Assembly: GCF_009834535.1 (NCBI RefSeq)
Contig: NC_045697.1
Coordinates: forward strand, 91,140,001-91,204,000
Direction of reading: 5' to 3'
From: Camelus ferus
Taxonomy: Eukaryota
DNA length: 64,000 bases
A program made the translations under genes and the position numbers. Positions 10,701-23,945 of the stretch are shown here, in pieces; the stretch's first letter is position 1, and each line of letters begins with the position of its first letter. The notes beneath the pieces were generated by a model that did not search any database, was not told where the DNA came from, and worked only from the letters and a program-made list of their open reading frames with translations.

Positions 10701-13700
10701 TAGGAAACAGCTTGTCTCTGAGCAAGCTGGGTATTGCCTTCTGTGATCTTGCTGGCCTCCTTGTAAAAGATGGCTTGCAAGATTCTTGCCTAATGCTGCT
10801 CAAGCCACCCTGAAAAACAGGTACTTTTCTCAAGCTAGATGTTACTGCCCGTCACTCAGACCACAGTGGCCTTGTTGTACCCCACTATGATAATATCTTC
10901 CTCTTGGGTTCTGTCCAGCAAACACAAAAACTAAATGAGAGAATGTTCAGTAATTGAGTGAGTTCTGGGCAAGTCCAAAGAGCTCTTCTAGCAAATTTAG
11001 GCCAAAGCATATTTTACCAGTGTCCTTTGACTTCATTGCTTGGTATTGACTAGATGAAAAGATGATCTGATGCACACAGCCATTCCCAGAGCCCAAACCT
11101 ATTTGGAGGGTGAGGGAGGAACTGAGGGGAGGAGGACAAGGAGACTCCTATGCAAGCTGCTCATAAACATATACAGCCCTAGGCTCATGCCCTTTGGCGG
11201 CTTCCTTTTGAAAACTGCTTACGATGTTTGCTTTGTGTGTGTGTGTAAGGGACTGTGGCGTGGTGGCAGAAGTACTCTAAGTGAGAGGTTGGGGTGGATT
11301 GGGGGCCTACTCACCATGATTTTTCCTGCGCCTCAAGTCCTTTGGGCACTTCCCATACTTTGAGTAACATTCCATGCAGCAACATATTGGATTGAGTTTA
11401 CTTCTTGGGAAACTTACAAGCTGAGCATCTCGTTAAGAGTATTTCATCTGAGGTGGGCACATGTAGGGCTGATTTCAGGACTGCTGTATGTGCTGGTACA
11501 GTTGTTTGGCTGTTACATACTGGTATCTCTAGCAGTTGGTAAATCACTGCCTGAGATCCACTGCCCAGCATGAAGGGGAAGCCTCTGAGACAGTGATGGG
11601 GCTCCGGAGCCTCGCGGCCCTGGATGTCCATGCAGTTGCCAGGAGCCCAAGCCTCAAAGGAACTTGCCTGTGCCTGCCTAGACCCTTGAGGCAGCCAGAG
11701 TGCTGAGCCCCCTTGGCCACAGTTAGGCTTGTGTGGGGGAGGTCAGACAAAAGAGACTTGTCAAGGCAGTGCTCCCAGCCATGCCAACAAAATTCAGTTT
11801 TTAAAAGAAATTTTGAGCCATTTGGGAGATCAAAGCTTCTTTCTTCCTACCCTCACAACTCTTTTCCCTCATACTGGGGTGAAGTCCAGAAGCCTTCACT
11901 GTGGAGACCAGTTCAGGGACGGAAGATGTAATTCTAGTCCCGGCTCCAACACTTAATAACTCCACGACCTTGGGCAAGGGACTTAACCTCTCCACACTGT
12001 AGTTTTCTCATCTGCAGAGTATTGATGTTGGACTCAATTCCTTCCAGCTGTAACAACAAATGATTTTTAGTCCTTACATTTCTGTTTACTAGCCCATTCA
12101 CCCACCCCATCAATGGATATGCCATTTATGCATCAAGAAAGAAAGAAAAATAACATCATCTGCTAACAAATAATGTTTGAACACCAGTGAAGGTAAGAAT
12201 GATGCCAAGTGCTCTGATGCAGCCTGAAAGAGAGAGTTGACAGGCACAGGATATGGCTGGCTGGCTGGCTCCACCCCTGCTCACCACATCTGTTAGCACA
12301 GGTGAGGGCTCTGGCTGAGCTCGGCTGCTGGAGCTTCATGCTGATGGAGCCATGGCCACAGATTTAATCCCCATTCTATCTGGCTAAGGTCATCCATCTC
12401 CTGTCCTGCCCTAGCAACCACCTTTAAAATGTCATTGTGGCTCATCAAGGGCCCTAAAAAGTATGTTGATGGGCCAATGCAAATTCATTATTATTAACAG
12501 GAAAAATAATCTCAACATGCAAGTGACAGTGTCATACACTTGGCATAGAGGGATATGGTGTTAATGGACCTAGCATTGTTTTTGATTTTGTGGCTCATTT
12601 TGAGTATTGGTAGTTGTAAGTTATACATTATGTTATTTCTTTATGATTTTGAAAAAGTTTTTGGTCTTTTAAATTGTATTTTTTTTTTAATATTTCGGGG
12701 GTATTCTGGGGTAGGGGAGAGGAGGGAAAGTTACACCTCTTATTTTAGAGTAAATATCAGTCATAATGTCAAAGCTAATATGCAGAAATTCATTTTGTCT
12801 ATTTTTATTATCAATTTATTCCCTACATGGAGATTATCCTTAGAAAACATCATGGTCATCAAGGAGAATGACTAGGACTAAGAGATCGTGATACTGTCGT
12901 CTGCTGTTGGGAGGATTGTTGTTTTATGTTTGTTAAAGACAGAAGAGTTTATAGATCCATGTGTGAGTCTGTGGTTTTCTGAAAAGTTGCAGTTCCAGCC
13001 TGGCCTATATTTCTAAGGGCTTCAGTGCCATGGTGCTGATAGTCAAAATGTTGTGGTGGTTTTGGGGACACCCTTGTTGTTTTTAGGAAAGTGAGGTTTT
13101 AATCTGGATTCTCATCTCATTTCTCTATTTCACTTTGGCTTCCTTTCTGTCCCCATAAACAAAAATCCTACCAGGCTTGAACTCCAGCTTGATTTTAGGA
13201 ATCATAGCCAGCTTTTTACACAATCAACACTACAGACACTTAATGGAAGAATTTAAGCTGAGACATGTAATACTCTTGAATTAGGAAATCCTGAGATTTG
13301 TCCCTATTCAAAATCTTCCTTAATTTAAAAGCTAAAAAAGATTGATAAATGTCACTTCCCGATGCACACACTAAATTCAAGATTAAAAATAATTTCCAAA
13401 GTACAGTGTGAATTGGTTGATGTTCCTTCAGCAGTTGAACTGTGTCAGAATTTCATACTGGGGGTTTGTCAGTCATTGTTGTGATAACATTTTAAGTCTG
13501 AACCTGACTTTCCTATAGTGCCAAACTTACCAGCCAGCCTTCCCTGCTCTTTTATTATATGTGTGTTAAGGAACCTGCAAGACCCCTTGGTAAATCAAAG
13601 CCTGATTCATCAAGGCTTAGCAGTGAAGGAAGAATCTGCACCTCGGGAGGGACAGCCAGGAGTTATGGCAAACATTTGTTCCCAGGACTCCCCTTCTCCT

Positions 13701-16559
13701 TGTGGATTTTTTTACTTATTATGCTGTTGTCACCACATTAGTCCCCCCCACATTAATTAATTAGGTCACTTCTCCTCCAATAATGCTCAGGTCAAGGGTG
13801 GACCCAAATGTCTCCTTAATTCTCCAAAGCCCATAGTGTGGCTGTGACCAAACTACAACTTTTAAACAACAATTTTTAGGTACCAAAAACTTTGGGTTTA
13901 CAAAAGGGAAATAAATACTAAGAGTCACATAAAAACAGATGATCTGGTTTGCAAGATTCATCTCTCTGCCTTGTTTCTGCCTCCTTTGGAGGAAATCTTC
14001 AATCTCTACCACCTGGCAGTGGCCTCATGCCAAGTCCCAGAGAAAGAACGACTGTTCCCTTCCCACCTATCTCAGGATCTCTTTTTCTAGCCAGGGACCT
14101 TTTTTCCCTTGGATGATAGATATTGGGAATGTCCAGCTTGTGAGGGCTTTATTCTATGGCCTTCACAAGATCAGAATGAACCTGGATTGACTCAGCAGCC
14201 CTATGAGACATCCAGGAGAATAAGGGGTATTGATGTTTGAGCAATATAGGAAAGTCAGGACCAACCCCCAAATGCTTTCTGGTAACAGTGATTCTCACCC
14301 TTTTGAGTATTAAGATCTTTTTCAGTACACTTGAAGAAATGGAAAATTAGCAAGTCAACAGTCATTATAAAACAATAACTTCTATGATATTACAGCTCTT
14401 ACTGCGTTTTATCACTTTGCTTCTACTGAATAGAACCATGTGTGGATCTGACTTATTCTCTTTAGGCTTCTAAGGGCAAAGTTCTCCCTTATTCCAGTAA
14501 ATTTTTTTTGTTTGTTTGCTTTGGTTTAATGTTACCACTGCCTTATGTCCCCCGCCTAGGAGGTTGTCCATTTGTTCTACATCATGTTGCTTCTGTCCAT
14601 TAGGCTGTATGGTCCATCCAATGGACATCATAGGCTTCATACTTCAAATATTTTCCACATTGTTTAAAATTTATTAGTACACTTATGAAGCTTTCTCTGA
14701 CATACCTAAGTGTCACAGGACCCTAGCTGACAATAAATGTACTACATTATTAGGGTTAATTTGAATAAGATCAGAATTTTTAGACTGCATATTTTTGACT
14801 AGTTTTATTATATAAACTTGTTTTTAGCATGCATGTGATAGGTATTGGAAAAGAAATTTGCATTTAAATTTCCTACATGTATGTGAATTTAGGTGTATGT
14901 GTATGTTTTAAATAAACAATATGGCAAGGAATGCTGGCTCACATACAAAGATCTATAGATGACTTTCTCAGTATGGGCCCTTGGGTTTTGTGGTGCTGTG
15001 ACTACCTCAAAACAAAGGGAAATGTTTTGCTATGAATTTCCTGTTCCTGGAAGACTACATAGTTGAAAAAAATCTCTTCTTTCCTCTTGAGAGCTCTCCG
15101 AGTGCCAAAGTAAGGAGAAGCCCTTGAAAGGATTACTCAGGTTCCCCGTACATTTTCTCCTCACCCCCAAAGTCTAATAATTTAAAAAAGAAACGGAAGA
15201 GCACTTGTCACTAACTTCTTAGCACTTTAAAATAGCCAGATGCAGTTCATGCATCTCTGTCAGGTTTGGACTCACACCAGCCATGAAAATGCTCTGTCTT
15301 TTTAGGAAGTAAATTGCATACATATCACAAAGAGTATTCAAAAAGGTGGTTTCCTTTTTGTTTTGTCTGAACTACTTGCATGTCAGTTTTCACTGTGCTC
15401 TCAGTCCATAACCATTTCCTTTAGCTTGGCGAGCTTCACCAGCCTCTCTCTGCTCATTCACCAGAGTGGCTGCACTGTAATAGTTGGTTGCTAAGAGGTC
15501 AAGACCCCTGAGTCTTACTAGGCTTGGAAGGGACATTGAGATGGATCATAAAATGCCCTAATTTTTAAATGAGGAGATTGAAACTTGGAGAGATTGGCTG
15601 GCTTCTGGAGGCCACAAACCTGTCTGTGATGGTCTAGGAGCCAGGCCCCCTCCGTTGATTTAAGGCTGTAACTGCTGCACCTCTGGTGAAGCCCTTTGAA
15701 CACTGCCAGGCTTTCTATAAATGTCAGGTCTCCATGGAGGGCTGATGAAATTGCTGTTGCATTCAATCTTTTGTCAAAAGTGCAGAATCCCACCAAAAGT
15801 TAGTGCTGCTTCTAATGAAAGTTTCAGGGTAAAATCACCCCTTTCCTTTAGCCAGAGCTCACTGGTCTCTTGCTTCTGATGGCTGAGAAAATGCAGTTCA
15901 TTATTATTTGTTTAAAGCTTCAGAATTTAGAAGTTGTGATAATCTAGATGTGAACAAATAGTTCTTACAGAATAATAACTTCAAAATAAGCATTTTTCAA
16001 AGTGATAAATACTTGTGAATTTGTCCAAAATCCATAGTTCAGAAAATAAAGGATTTTATTAAAATGGCTTTATCTTCCAGGTTCAGCATCTAATTCAACA
16101 AAGAAAATACAGTGTTTTTTCATTTTACTGTGCAACATTCTGAGGCCTGTTGACTTGTTTTCATTCACATTAATCTAAATTTTTATCCTTCCTTTAAAGT
16201 TGAGCTGGAATTGTTTGATATTGTGATTATACAAAAGTAACAAAATAAATGATCTTCTGCTCTAATTCTATAACTAGCCTTCACATTTCATTGTTCTGTT
16301 GAGACCCTCACTACCTTTTGACCTTTCTCCCAGTGCATCCAAATGATTGAGGTTCAAATATGCATCATTTTCTCGATAACATCAGAAATCCCCCAGAAAC
16401 AGAGGCAATGTAGCAGAACCCCCTTCTTCATGGTAAAGATCTTGGGGAAGCATCTTTTGCACTAACTAGGTTACATCAGATGGCTCTTAAAGAATGTTTC
16501 CTGGGGGTATGATTTGGGCTGTGGTATCTATAAGTCTGTGTTAACATGAACCATGAGAT

Positions 16560-17408
16560 TTGCTTTTTTTTTTTTTAACAAAGTTTTATGATTCCTGTGC
16601 AGTAAACTACACATATTTCTGATGCACAATTTGATGAATTTTGATGGATGTATACACTATTGAAACCACCACCACAATCAAGACAGTTAACAATTCTATC
16701 ACTCCCCAAGAGGTGCAAATTTTGAATTCCCTATTAACCTCTTCCCACTCCTTTTACCCCTGGTAACTATAAGTTTGTTTTCCATGTCTGTGAGTCTGTT
16801 TCTGTTTTGTAGATAAGTTCATTTGTGTCCTTTTTTTTAAGATTCCACATATAAGTGACGTCATATGCTATTTTTCTTTTTCTTTCTGACTTGCTTCNNN
16901 NNNNNNNNNNNNNNNNNNNNNNNNNNNNNNNNNNNNNNNNNNNNNNNNNNNNNNNNNNNNNNNNNNNNNNNNNNNNNNNNNNNNNNNNNNNNNNNNNNNN
17001 NNNNNNNNNNNNNNNNNNNNNNNNNNNNNNNNNNNNNNNNNNNNNNNNNNNNNNNNNNNNNNNNNNNNNNNNNNNNNNNNNNNNNNNNNNNNTGTCTTTC
17101 TGAGTTATATNNNNNNNNNNNNNNNNNNNNNNNNNNNNNNNNNNNNNNNNNNNNNNNNNNNNNNNNNNNNNNNNNNNNNNNNNNNNNNNNNNNNNNNNNN
17201 NNNNNNNNNNNNNNNNNNNNNNNNNNNNNNNNNNNNNNNNNNNNNNNNNNNNNNNNNNNNNNNTTATCATTTGTGGNNNNNNNNNNNNNNNNNNNNNNNN
17301 NNNNNNNNNNNNNNNNNNNNNNNNNNNNNNNNNNNNNNNNNNNNNNNNNNNNNNNNNNNNNNNNNNNNNNNNNNNNNNNNNNNNNNNNNNNNNNNNNNNN
17401 NNNNNNNN
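16560..17408 (-). mobile_element. 5'-truncated L1 3' end
   Basis: cccctggtaactataagtttgttttccatgtctgtgagtctgtttctg...gattccacatataagtgacgtcatatg closely parallels 36270-36400. T-rich tail at about 16565-16576. Three N gaps. Confidence 0.8.
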
Positions 17409-18440
17409 TGGCAGCCAGATTTCCTTAGTTCCTTGTCCCAGGCTAATTTTCAGAGCTTCTTCATGGAATCTAACCCAAGTTTATGCCCAGTCATTTGAGA
17501 CAACTATGAAGCAGGGGCAGGCCGCCTGCTGTCTGGGTGAGAGGAACTTGTTTATTGAATGGCTGGAATTCAATGAAGTTTACTCTTCTCCTGTCATTGC
17601 CTGAAAACATGCTCTTGGATCTCCCTTCCTCATGCACAGCTTTCCAGCCATTTTCAGGCACAGTATTAAGGTCCACTCAGGTTAAATCTTCTGCCTGCTC
17701 TCCCATCAGGCCTAATCCACAGTGGCCTGTTCTTTCACTTGTTCTCTTTTTCCACCTCTCCTCTGTTGTTGCCTCTGGTCCTCTCTTCCTTCTCTATGCA
17801 GAGCCAGGGAAGAAGGATTAGGGGCAGAAGAAATGTCTCTTACCTGTCAGTGTTGTTTTGGTCTTGTCCCCGTACCCTTGGTGTTCTTCCAGAGCCCTTT
17901 CCTCTGTGGCTGACTTACTGTGACCCTTAGCAGTGTATTCACAGCTAGGGTCTCCTTTTACCCTGCTTAATCCTGGACTCCAACCTACTCTCCAACCCAC
18001 AATCAGTTCCTGGATCATTGGTAACACATGTCTTCAGAGAAATTCTGTCTTTCACATATGTACACCCGCTTGCTACTTTGGTTTTCAAATCAAGAGTTTT
18101 GTTTTTAGTTTGGCTTTGTTTTTCCACCCTGGGTGCTTTCCCTTATTTGAGTCTAGTTGTGTAATTAAAATTTTGTTTCATGCCAGATCTAGTTGTGGTA
18201 GGGTCTCCCAGTGTATCAAGTCTACTGTACTGGGGAAGGAGAAGTAGGACCTCTGAGTTTGGGAAGCTTTGCAAATTTTCAGACAGGGAGAAGCATGACC
18301 ATCTCCCCTCATTGCAGCCTTGCCTGTTCCTATGAATATGTCTATTCCTACATGTCCATTCTAAGAATCTGTTTTTAAATTTCTAGTTTTTAAACAGGGT
18401 GGTAATTGTTAGATTGATTTTTCTGTGTTTTGGTAAGTCT

Positions 18441-18457
18441 CCCCCCCCCCCCCCCCC
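18441..18457. repeat. C17 homopolymer
   Basis: 17 consecutive C read directly. Confidence 0.9.
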
Positions 18458-19629
18458 GATTTTGTGTAAGTACTTAGTACTTACTGTCTCTAGCTTTGGG
18501 GCTTTTGCCAGAATTCTGAGACAGAGGAAATGTTCCATCTTGTTCTCTGGTACTTAGCACATGGTTGAGCCCTAGTGTTTCTAGACCATAATTCTTAGCC
18601 TCATTTGGAACTCTAAATACCACTTAAACCAGTTCATTCCAGCCCTCCTGAGGACCTAAACTCCATCATTAATTGTGTTGTCTGGTGAATACCTTTGTTG
18701 GCAAAACTGGTTTGACTTGAGGATTCTGGTATTCTCTTGCAAAGTATAAAGATTCAGAGTTTAGCCACCATGGCATATTTGGGATCTTCAATATAATTTC
18801 TAAAAAAGGAAAATCAGCAGTCCATTCTATGTTTTTACCCTGAGCTTGAACTTTACTCAAACAAGCTGCACATCACAGGGACTTTATAGTAACAACATTG
18901 GAGAAGGGAGTGTGAATGGGAAAAGCTCGTGGAAAGTCAAGATAATGGTTACCACAGCCATTAAGACCAAAGCTGCTGGTCTCTAAGGGTTTATCAAAAT
19001 TCCCCATCAAAAGGTTTCCGAAAGGTATCATGGAAGCCTTAGGAAGGCTTTGGCAGCTTCAAAATACATTGGGCTATATCTTATAGACCTCTGATTAACA
19101 CTCAGACATTAGCGAGCCCTAGAATTTTGAGCTCTGGTAAGTTTTCTAAACACAGACCTCTAAGAATTTAACAGTTTGGAGTGCTTTTTATGCTCCTGTC
19201 CACTCCACAGCCATATTTTTATGCTATGTAGTCTCCTGGCCTTAACTGATTGGATTGGGGTGGACATCTTGACCCCTTCTAGGCTTGATCTTTCTTTCAA
19301 GAATTTGGAATTGGCACTGAGAAATAGTCTGTACTTGTGGCTGAAACTTAAGTAATATAAACTCAGAAACTGTGCATGGAGAAGCATAAAAGAGACAGGA
19401 AAAAAAGAGACATTTTTCCTTGTCTCTTGAGGGTTTTCCCCTTCCCAGAACACTACACAGCTCTTAGTATCATTCTAATGAATTTTCCTTTTAGACAAAA
19501 GATGGCTTAAGTTAATATCTCTTATTTAAAACCAAGACAGCCTTGACAAAGACAGAGAGTCCTCTAGTTTTATAGTATGTCTTACAGTAATTCATGTAAA
19601 TTCTATAAACATGATTACACTGTTTTTAC

Positions 19630-19834
19630 TGCATTTTCAGGGTTCTGAGTTGCAGACAACAGACTCCACGGAGTCAGTCTAGGCAGAAAAAAATAAAGAG
19701 TATTAGATAGTTCATAGAAATTTCTGAATAGAACCAGTCTTGGAGGCTACATGACTAAGAACAAATCCGTCAAGTATAACAACACATCTGGAAGAACTGC
19801 CCAGTTACACCATGGGATTATCCTTAGAGGCACC
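19630..19834 (-). mobile_element. Old MLT1-type LTR fragment interrupted by the MER21-like LTR
   Basis: tcagggttctgagttgcagacaacagactc resembles the terminus of old MLT1J/K LTRs. It may continue after 20743. Confidence 0.4.
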
Positions 19835-20743
19835 TGTGATGTTAGAGTCTGGGTGACAGAACTGCTTTCACAGCTACCCCAGGTTAAGAGGGTTCATGAT
19901 CTCAATTCTAACGTATGTGTGGAGGTTTCCCCATACCAACAAGCAATTATCAGACGCCAGCAGGTGTCTGAGAATTCAACTCAATTCTGACATTATCTAC
20001 CTAGAGATAGAATCAGATTCCATAAGTATAGGACTCAGTCCCACAAGACCATCCTCCACTTCAGATGCCAGTTGCGTGTCTAGATTGTTACCTGACCTCA
20101 TGGCTGTAAATCAGAGATTTATACCCTGACTATAAAACCCTCCTCAGATTTGATCAATCTGCTAGAACAGCTCACAGAACTCAGGAAAACTTGTTTACTC
20201 AGCAAATTACCTATTTATTATAAAAAGATATTAAAGGATATGATCAACAGCCAGCTGAAGAGATACATAAAGGAGGTCCCAAACAAAGGAGCTTCTGTCC
20301 TCATGGAGTGTGGGGCCTGACATGGTGGCACGGCATGGCAGAATCAGTCTGCTTCCCCTAAGAAGGGCCAGAAAGCTATCCTTTGGGTTTTTTATGAAGG
20401 CTACATTACATGGTCATGATGGAATAAATCATTGGCCAATGGCAGTTGATTCAACCTCCAGCCCCTCCCTGGAAATCAGTGGGTAGGACTGAAGGTTCCA
20501 ACCCTCTAATCACATAGTTGATTCTCCTGGCAACCAGCTCCGCCCCCTACACCCTGGGGTGGAATCAGAAAGTCACTTTTTCTGAAGCTTTTTCAGGAAC
20601 TGAGGAGGGGAGACCAAATATCCCATTGTTCTTATTGTTCAGGAAATTCCAAGGGTTTGTGGATCTGTGAGCCAGGAACTGTAGATGAAGACGAACTATA
20701 TATGAGAAAAAAATATGCATTTTCTATAAATCACTATATCACA
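19835..20743 (-). mobile_element. ERV solo LTR, MER21-family-like
   Basis: TG...CA termini (tgtgat at 19835, tatcaca ending 20743). Motifs gaattcaactcaattctgacattatctacctagagatag, gctagaacagctcacagaactcagg and ggaaattccaagggttt...gagccaggaac are as in MER21-type LTRs. No clean TSD seen. Confidence 0.7.
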
Positions 20744-21064
20744 CCAGGAAAAGCCAAAGGCTTCTTCTACCATGTTTATTGGAAGAGTCTGTCTGTCTCA
20801 CTGAGGGTTCAGCCACTGACTCAAATTACTTCCACCTCCAAATCAGTGGTTCCTTGTGAACGTAGGGTTCCATGTGGACCTGAAAGGGATACATAGAGGT
20901 TTTGATAGAACAGTGAATCTGAAGAGGCCTAGGAGCAAGACAAGGAGGTAACAAAAGGTGGAGACCTCCTACCTGGAGGCTATGAGGCAGGAACCTGAGT
21001 CCAGCAGTGGATTCCAGCATAATCCACTTAAGACCAACCAGGATCAGCCACACCCCGGTGGACA

Positions 21065-21079
21065 CCAGCAGGGGGCACT
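21065..21079 (+). promoter_or_regulatory. Candidate CTCF binding site
   Basis: CCAGCAGGGGGCACT matches the CTCF core consensus CCASYAGRKGGCRS at every position. Occupancy cannot be seen from sequence. Confidence 0.55.
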
Positions 21080-22049
21080 CAGAGACTAGACCAGATCAAC
21101 AAAACCCAGCTTGCTGGAAGGCCAGAGTTCCCGCTCTCAATTTCCATCATTCCCTAGAGGCCATCTTGGGAAGTAAGAGGAAGAGAAGAGCCCCTTTGAG
21201 GGATTTGTAAGAATCAGCACTGATATGGGATTTAACTTTGAATTGATTGAATATTTACCCCAAAGAGGATAAGTACCATAGAGATTTTTCTAAAAGTAGA
21301 ACAGACTGAGGTTTAAGTTTAAAAAAATTCTCTCTCTTTCTCTGTCTCTCTCTTCTGAGTGGGAATGGGGCCCCATAGAAAGTTGAGATTTATAACGGTA
21401 AATAAGAGCTACATTTTTTGCACCTTCGGGTTGTAATGTATACATTTCAACCTCCCTGAATGCAAACTAGGAAAACTATAAGCTCCTCTGGAGCAGCATC
21501 TGGTGGTGGTTTGGAAATGGCTTGGTGAGAGTCAGGAAAGGACAAAGGCAGTCCTTTCCTTTTCACTGCAGCTGATGTTGACATTACAAGGCTTCCTAGG
21601 TTTCCAGTCAGCCAAGAGAAGACTAAGAGCCTGCTCAGCTGGTTGAAGGGACTCATTGCCAAAGCTGAGGGAGTGGATGGTTGAGGTGGGGAGCAGACAT
21701 ACCTCCATACTATCCCCAATGGCAGAAGGCTGCAGAAGAGGTGCCCTGCTGGCCACTCCTGACCACTCCCTGATAGCGTGTGAGAGCCGCCTTCCGTACA
21801 ATGCCAGAACCAGAGACCAGGTAAAGAGACCAACAGAGAGCAGACTGCAGGACTTCCCATCCCCACTCTCGGCAGTGACGTCCACCAGATGCCCAGGCAC
21901 CCGCGGGCCACGGGGGCCCCTTTCCCATAGACGTGAGGACATGACTGAGCATTGACCCTAAAGAGGTAGACTTTATCTGAAAGAGACTGTTTAAAACTGA
22001 GGTGAATAGAGAAGATAATTTTAATGGCAAGTTTAATTTTATTTCTCAC

Positions 22050-22290
22050 AGTTTAGCCTAGTGACCAAGAGTATGAACTCTGGAGCCGGATGACCTGCTC
22101 CATTTGTGAGCTATGTGGCCTTGGTCAAATAAACCTCTGACACTGGTTGCTCATCTGCTAAATGGGGATCCTAACAGCGCAACCTCCTAGGATGTGTAGG
22201 ATTAAATGGTTAATATATCTCGAGTCCTTGGAAGAGTGCCTGGCACACAGAGCAACCACTGGTAAGGGTTGCTATTATCATTGCCCTACA
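22050..22290 (+). mobile_element. MIR SINE, near full length
   Basis: gcctagtgaccaagagtatgaactctggagcc...ctcatctgctaaatggggat...ggattaaatgg...agtgcctggcacacagag. Confidence 0.7.
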
Positions 22291-23115
22291 GGATGGTGAT
22301 TCATGAGGAAGTTAAAGTCCGTTAGAGAAACTTAAAAAAAAAAGGAGGTTCCACGTTTGTTCCATCTCATCTGTGACGTGTAAATTTTGGATCCCACCAG
22401 AGACAGATATTTGGCTCCAACAGTCACACCACCCCTGGGAGGAGTATGCCAACAGTCCACTTCATTCTGGATGCAAAGCTCAGAGACACAGACTGCAGGA
22501 GTCTGTTATATGTGTCCACACCCCCCTCTTTAAAGACATTTCAGCCTTTTAGCATTCAAGGCTGTTTTCAGCCCAGAGACAACAGGCCGCTCCCCTGCCT
22601 TGGTCTGACTGCCTGTTTTAGTTGCTATTCTTTTATCTTCCACAACTGGGTGAAGTTGCTCTCTGAATTTTTATAGCACTTCAGGATGCAAAAGGCTATT
22701 GTTACAAGAAGAACCTTTAAGTGTATTGTTCATTCCTTTAAACAGAGATTTGTTGTTATTTTTAAATTCTAAACCTTTGGAGCAGTGAGAGTTTTAGGAG
22801 AACAAACACTTCAATGCATAATGAGACTGGATCTGTGCTATTGAAAGCTGGAGAACCCTGGTGTCAATTGCCTGTGGTAGCGTCTGCGGTTAACAAAACT
22901 CAGGTCAGGCTTCTATCTTGAGTGGGCTGAAGCTAACTATGCCCCCTGCTCCCCGATGACAGACTCTCAAGTGACCACCAATGGATTTAGACAGGTTGTG
23001 ACTTACTGAGGGGCTGGTAAGGACAGATGAGGAACCCCCTATGTAACTGCCATTTGCTGAGAACTTGTCACATGCCAGCATCATACCAGGCACTCTGCAT
23101 TGGACACTCTATCAA

Positions 23116-23552
23116 TGTCCNNNNNNNNNNNNNNNNNNNNNNNNNNNNNNNNNNNNNNNNNNNNNNNNNNNNNNNNNNNNNNNNNNNNNNNNNNNNNNNN
23201 NNNNNNNNNNNNNNNNNNNNNNNNNNNNNNNNNNNNNNNNNNNNNNNNNNNNAAAATCTCTAGGGGTGAGTCCTTCCTTTCCTCTCTAATCCTTGGCTTG
23301 TGGCTGCATCACTCTGATCTCTGCCTCTGTGGTCACATTGCTTTCTCCCTGTCTCTGTGTCTTCTCATCTGTATAAGGATACATCATTGGATTATCTGGG
23401 TGGGTCCTTACCTTACATAATCCAGCAAGATCTCAGATTTTTAACTTAAATATATCTACAAAGACCCTTTCACCAAATAACCCACATTTACAGATTCTGG
23501 GGATTAGGACATGAATATATCTTTTGGGGGGGCCGCCACTCAATATACTATA
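23116..23552 (-). mobile_element. MaLR solo LTR (MLT1C-like)
   Basis: ccttggcttgtggctgcatcactctgatctctgcctctgtggtcacattg...ggattaggacatgaatatatcttttgggggg...caatatactata. N gap at 23121-23252. Confidence 0.75.
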
Positions 23553-23689
23553 GAAATCTCTGAAATTATAACAATTACACTCTGAAAGCATGTGTCATCT
23601 CAAAACTCAACTTCAAAAATTTTTAAATTGCTTAAGATTATGCTGATTGTAAGTGACAGAGATGATTTAAATGCAGAACTGTCTGGTTT

Positions 23690-23945
23690 CAAAGCATTTG
23701 TTCTTTCTACTCTTATCATGCTAAAAATAACAGCAATACTAATTATAGCTGATATTTATCGAATACCAACCATGTATCAGGCACTATGCTAGACATATTA
23801 GCAGTATTAGTTCTGAAATTTCTGACAATCCTATAAATTAGGTTTTCTTATTTACAATTTATAGATGAGGAAACTGAGGCACGGATGAGTTAAAAGGTTT
23901 TAGGTCATACATATAATGAGTGGTTAGGCAGGAATTTGAAACCAA
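23690..23945 (-). mobile_element. MIR SINE
   Basis: tatcaggcactatgctag...tttatagatgaggaaactgaggcacggatgagttaa...ggaatttgaaacc. Confidence 0.65.

Noticed and set aside
10242-10833. Long ORFs containing X runs (also at 3.5, 16.8-17.5, 23.0-23.4, 32.7, 36.3-37.3, 38.4, 52.6 and 57.2 kb)
   Set aside because: They are artefacts of translating through N gaps.
21447-22049. 200-aa minus-strand ORF (also 46783-47283, 47317-47724 and 1378-1821)
   Set aside because: No recognisable domain or splice context, and overlapping ORFs occur on both strands. Consistent with chance.
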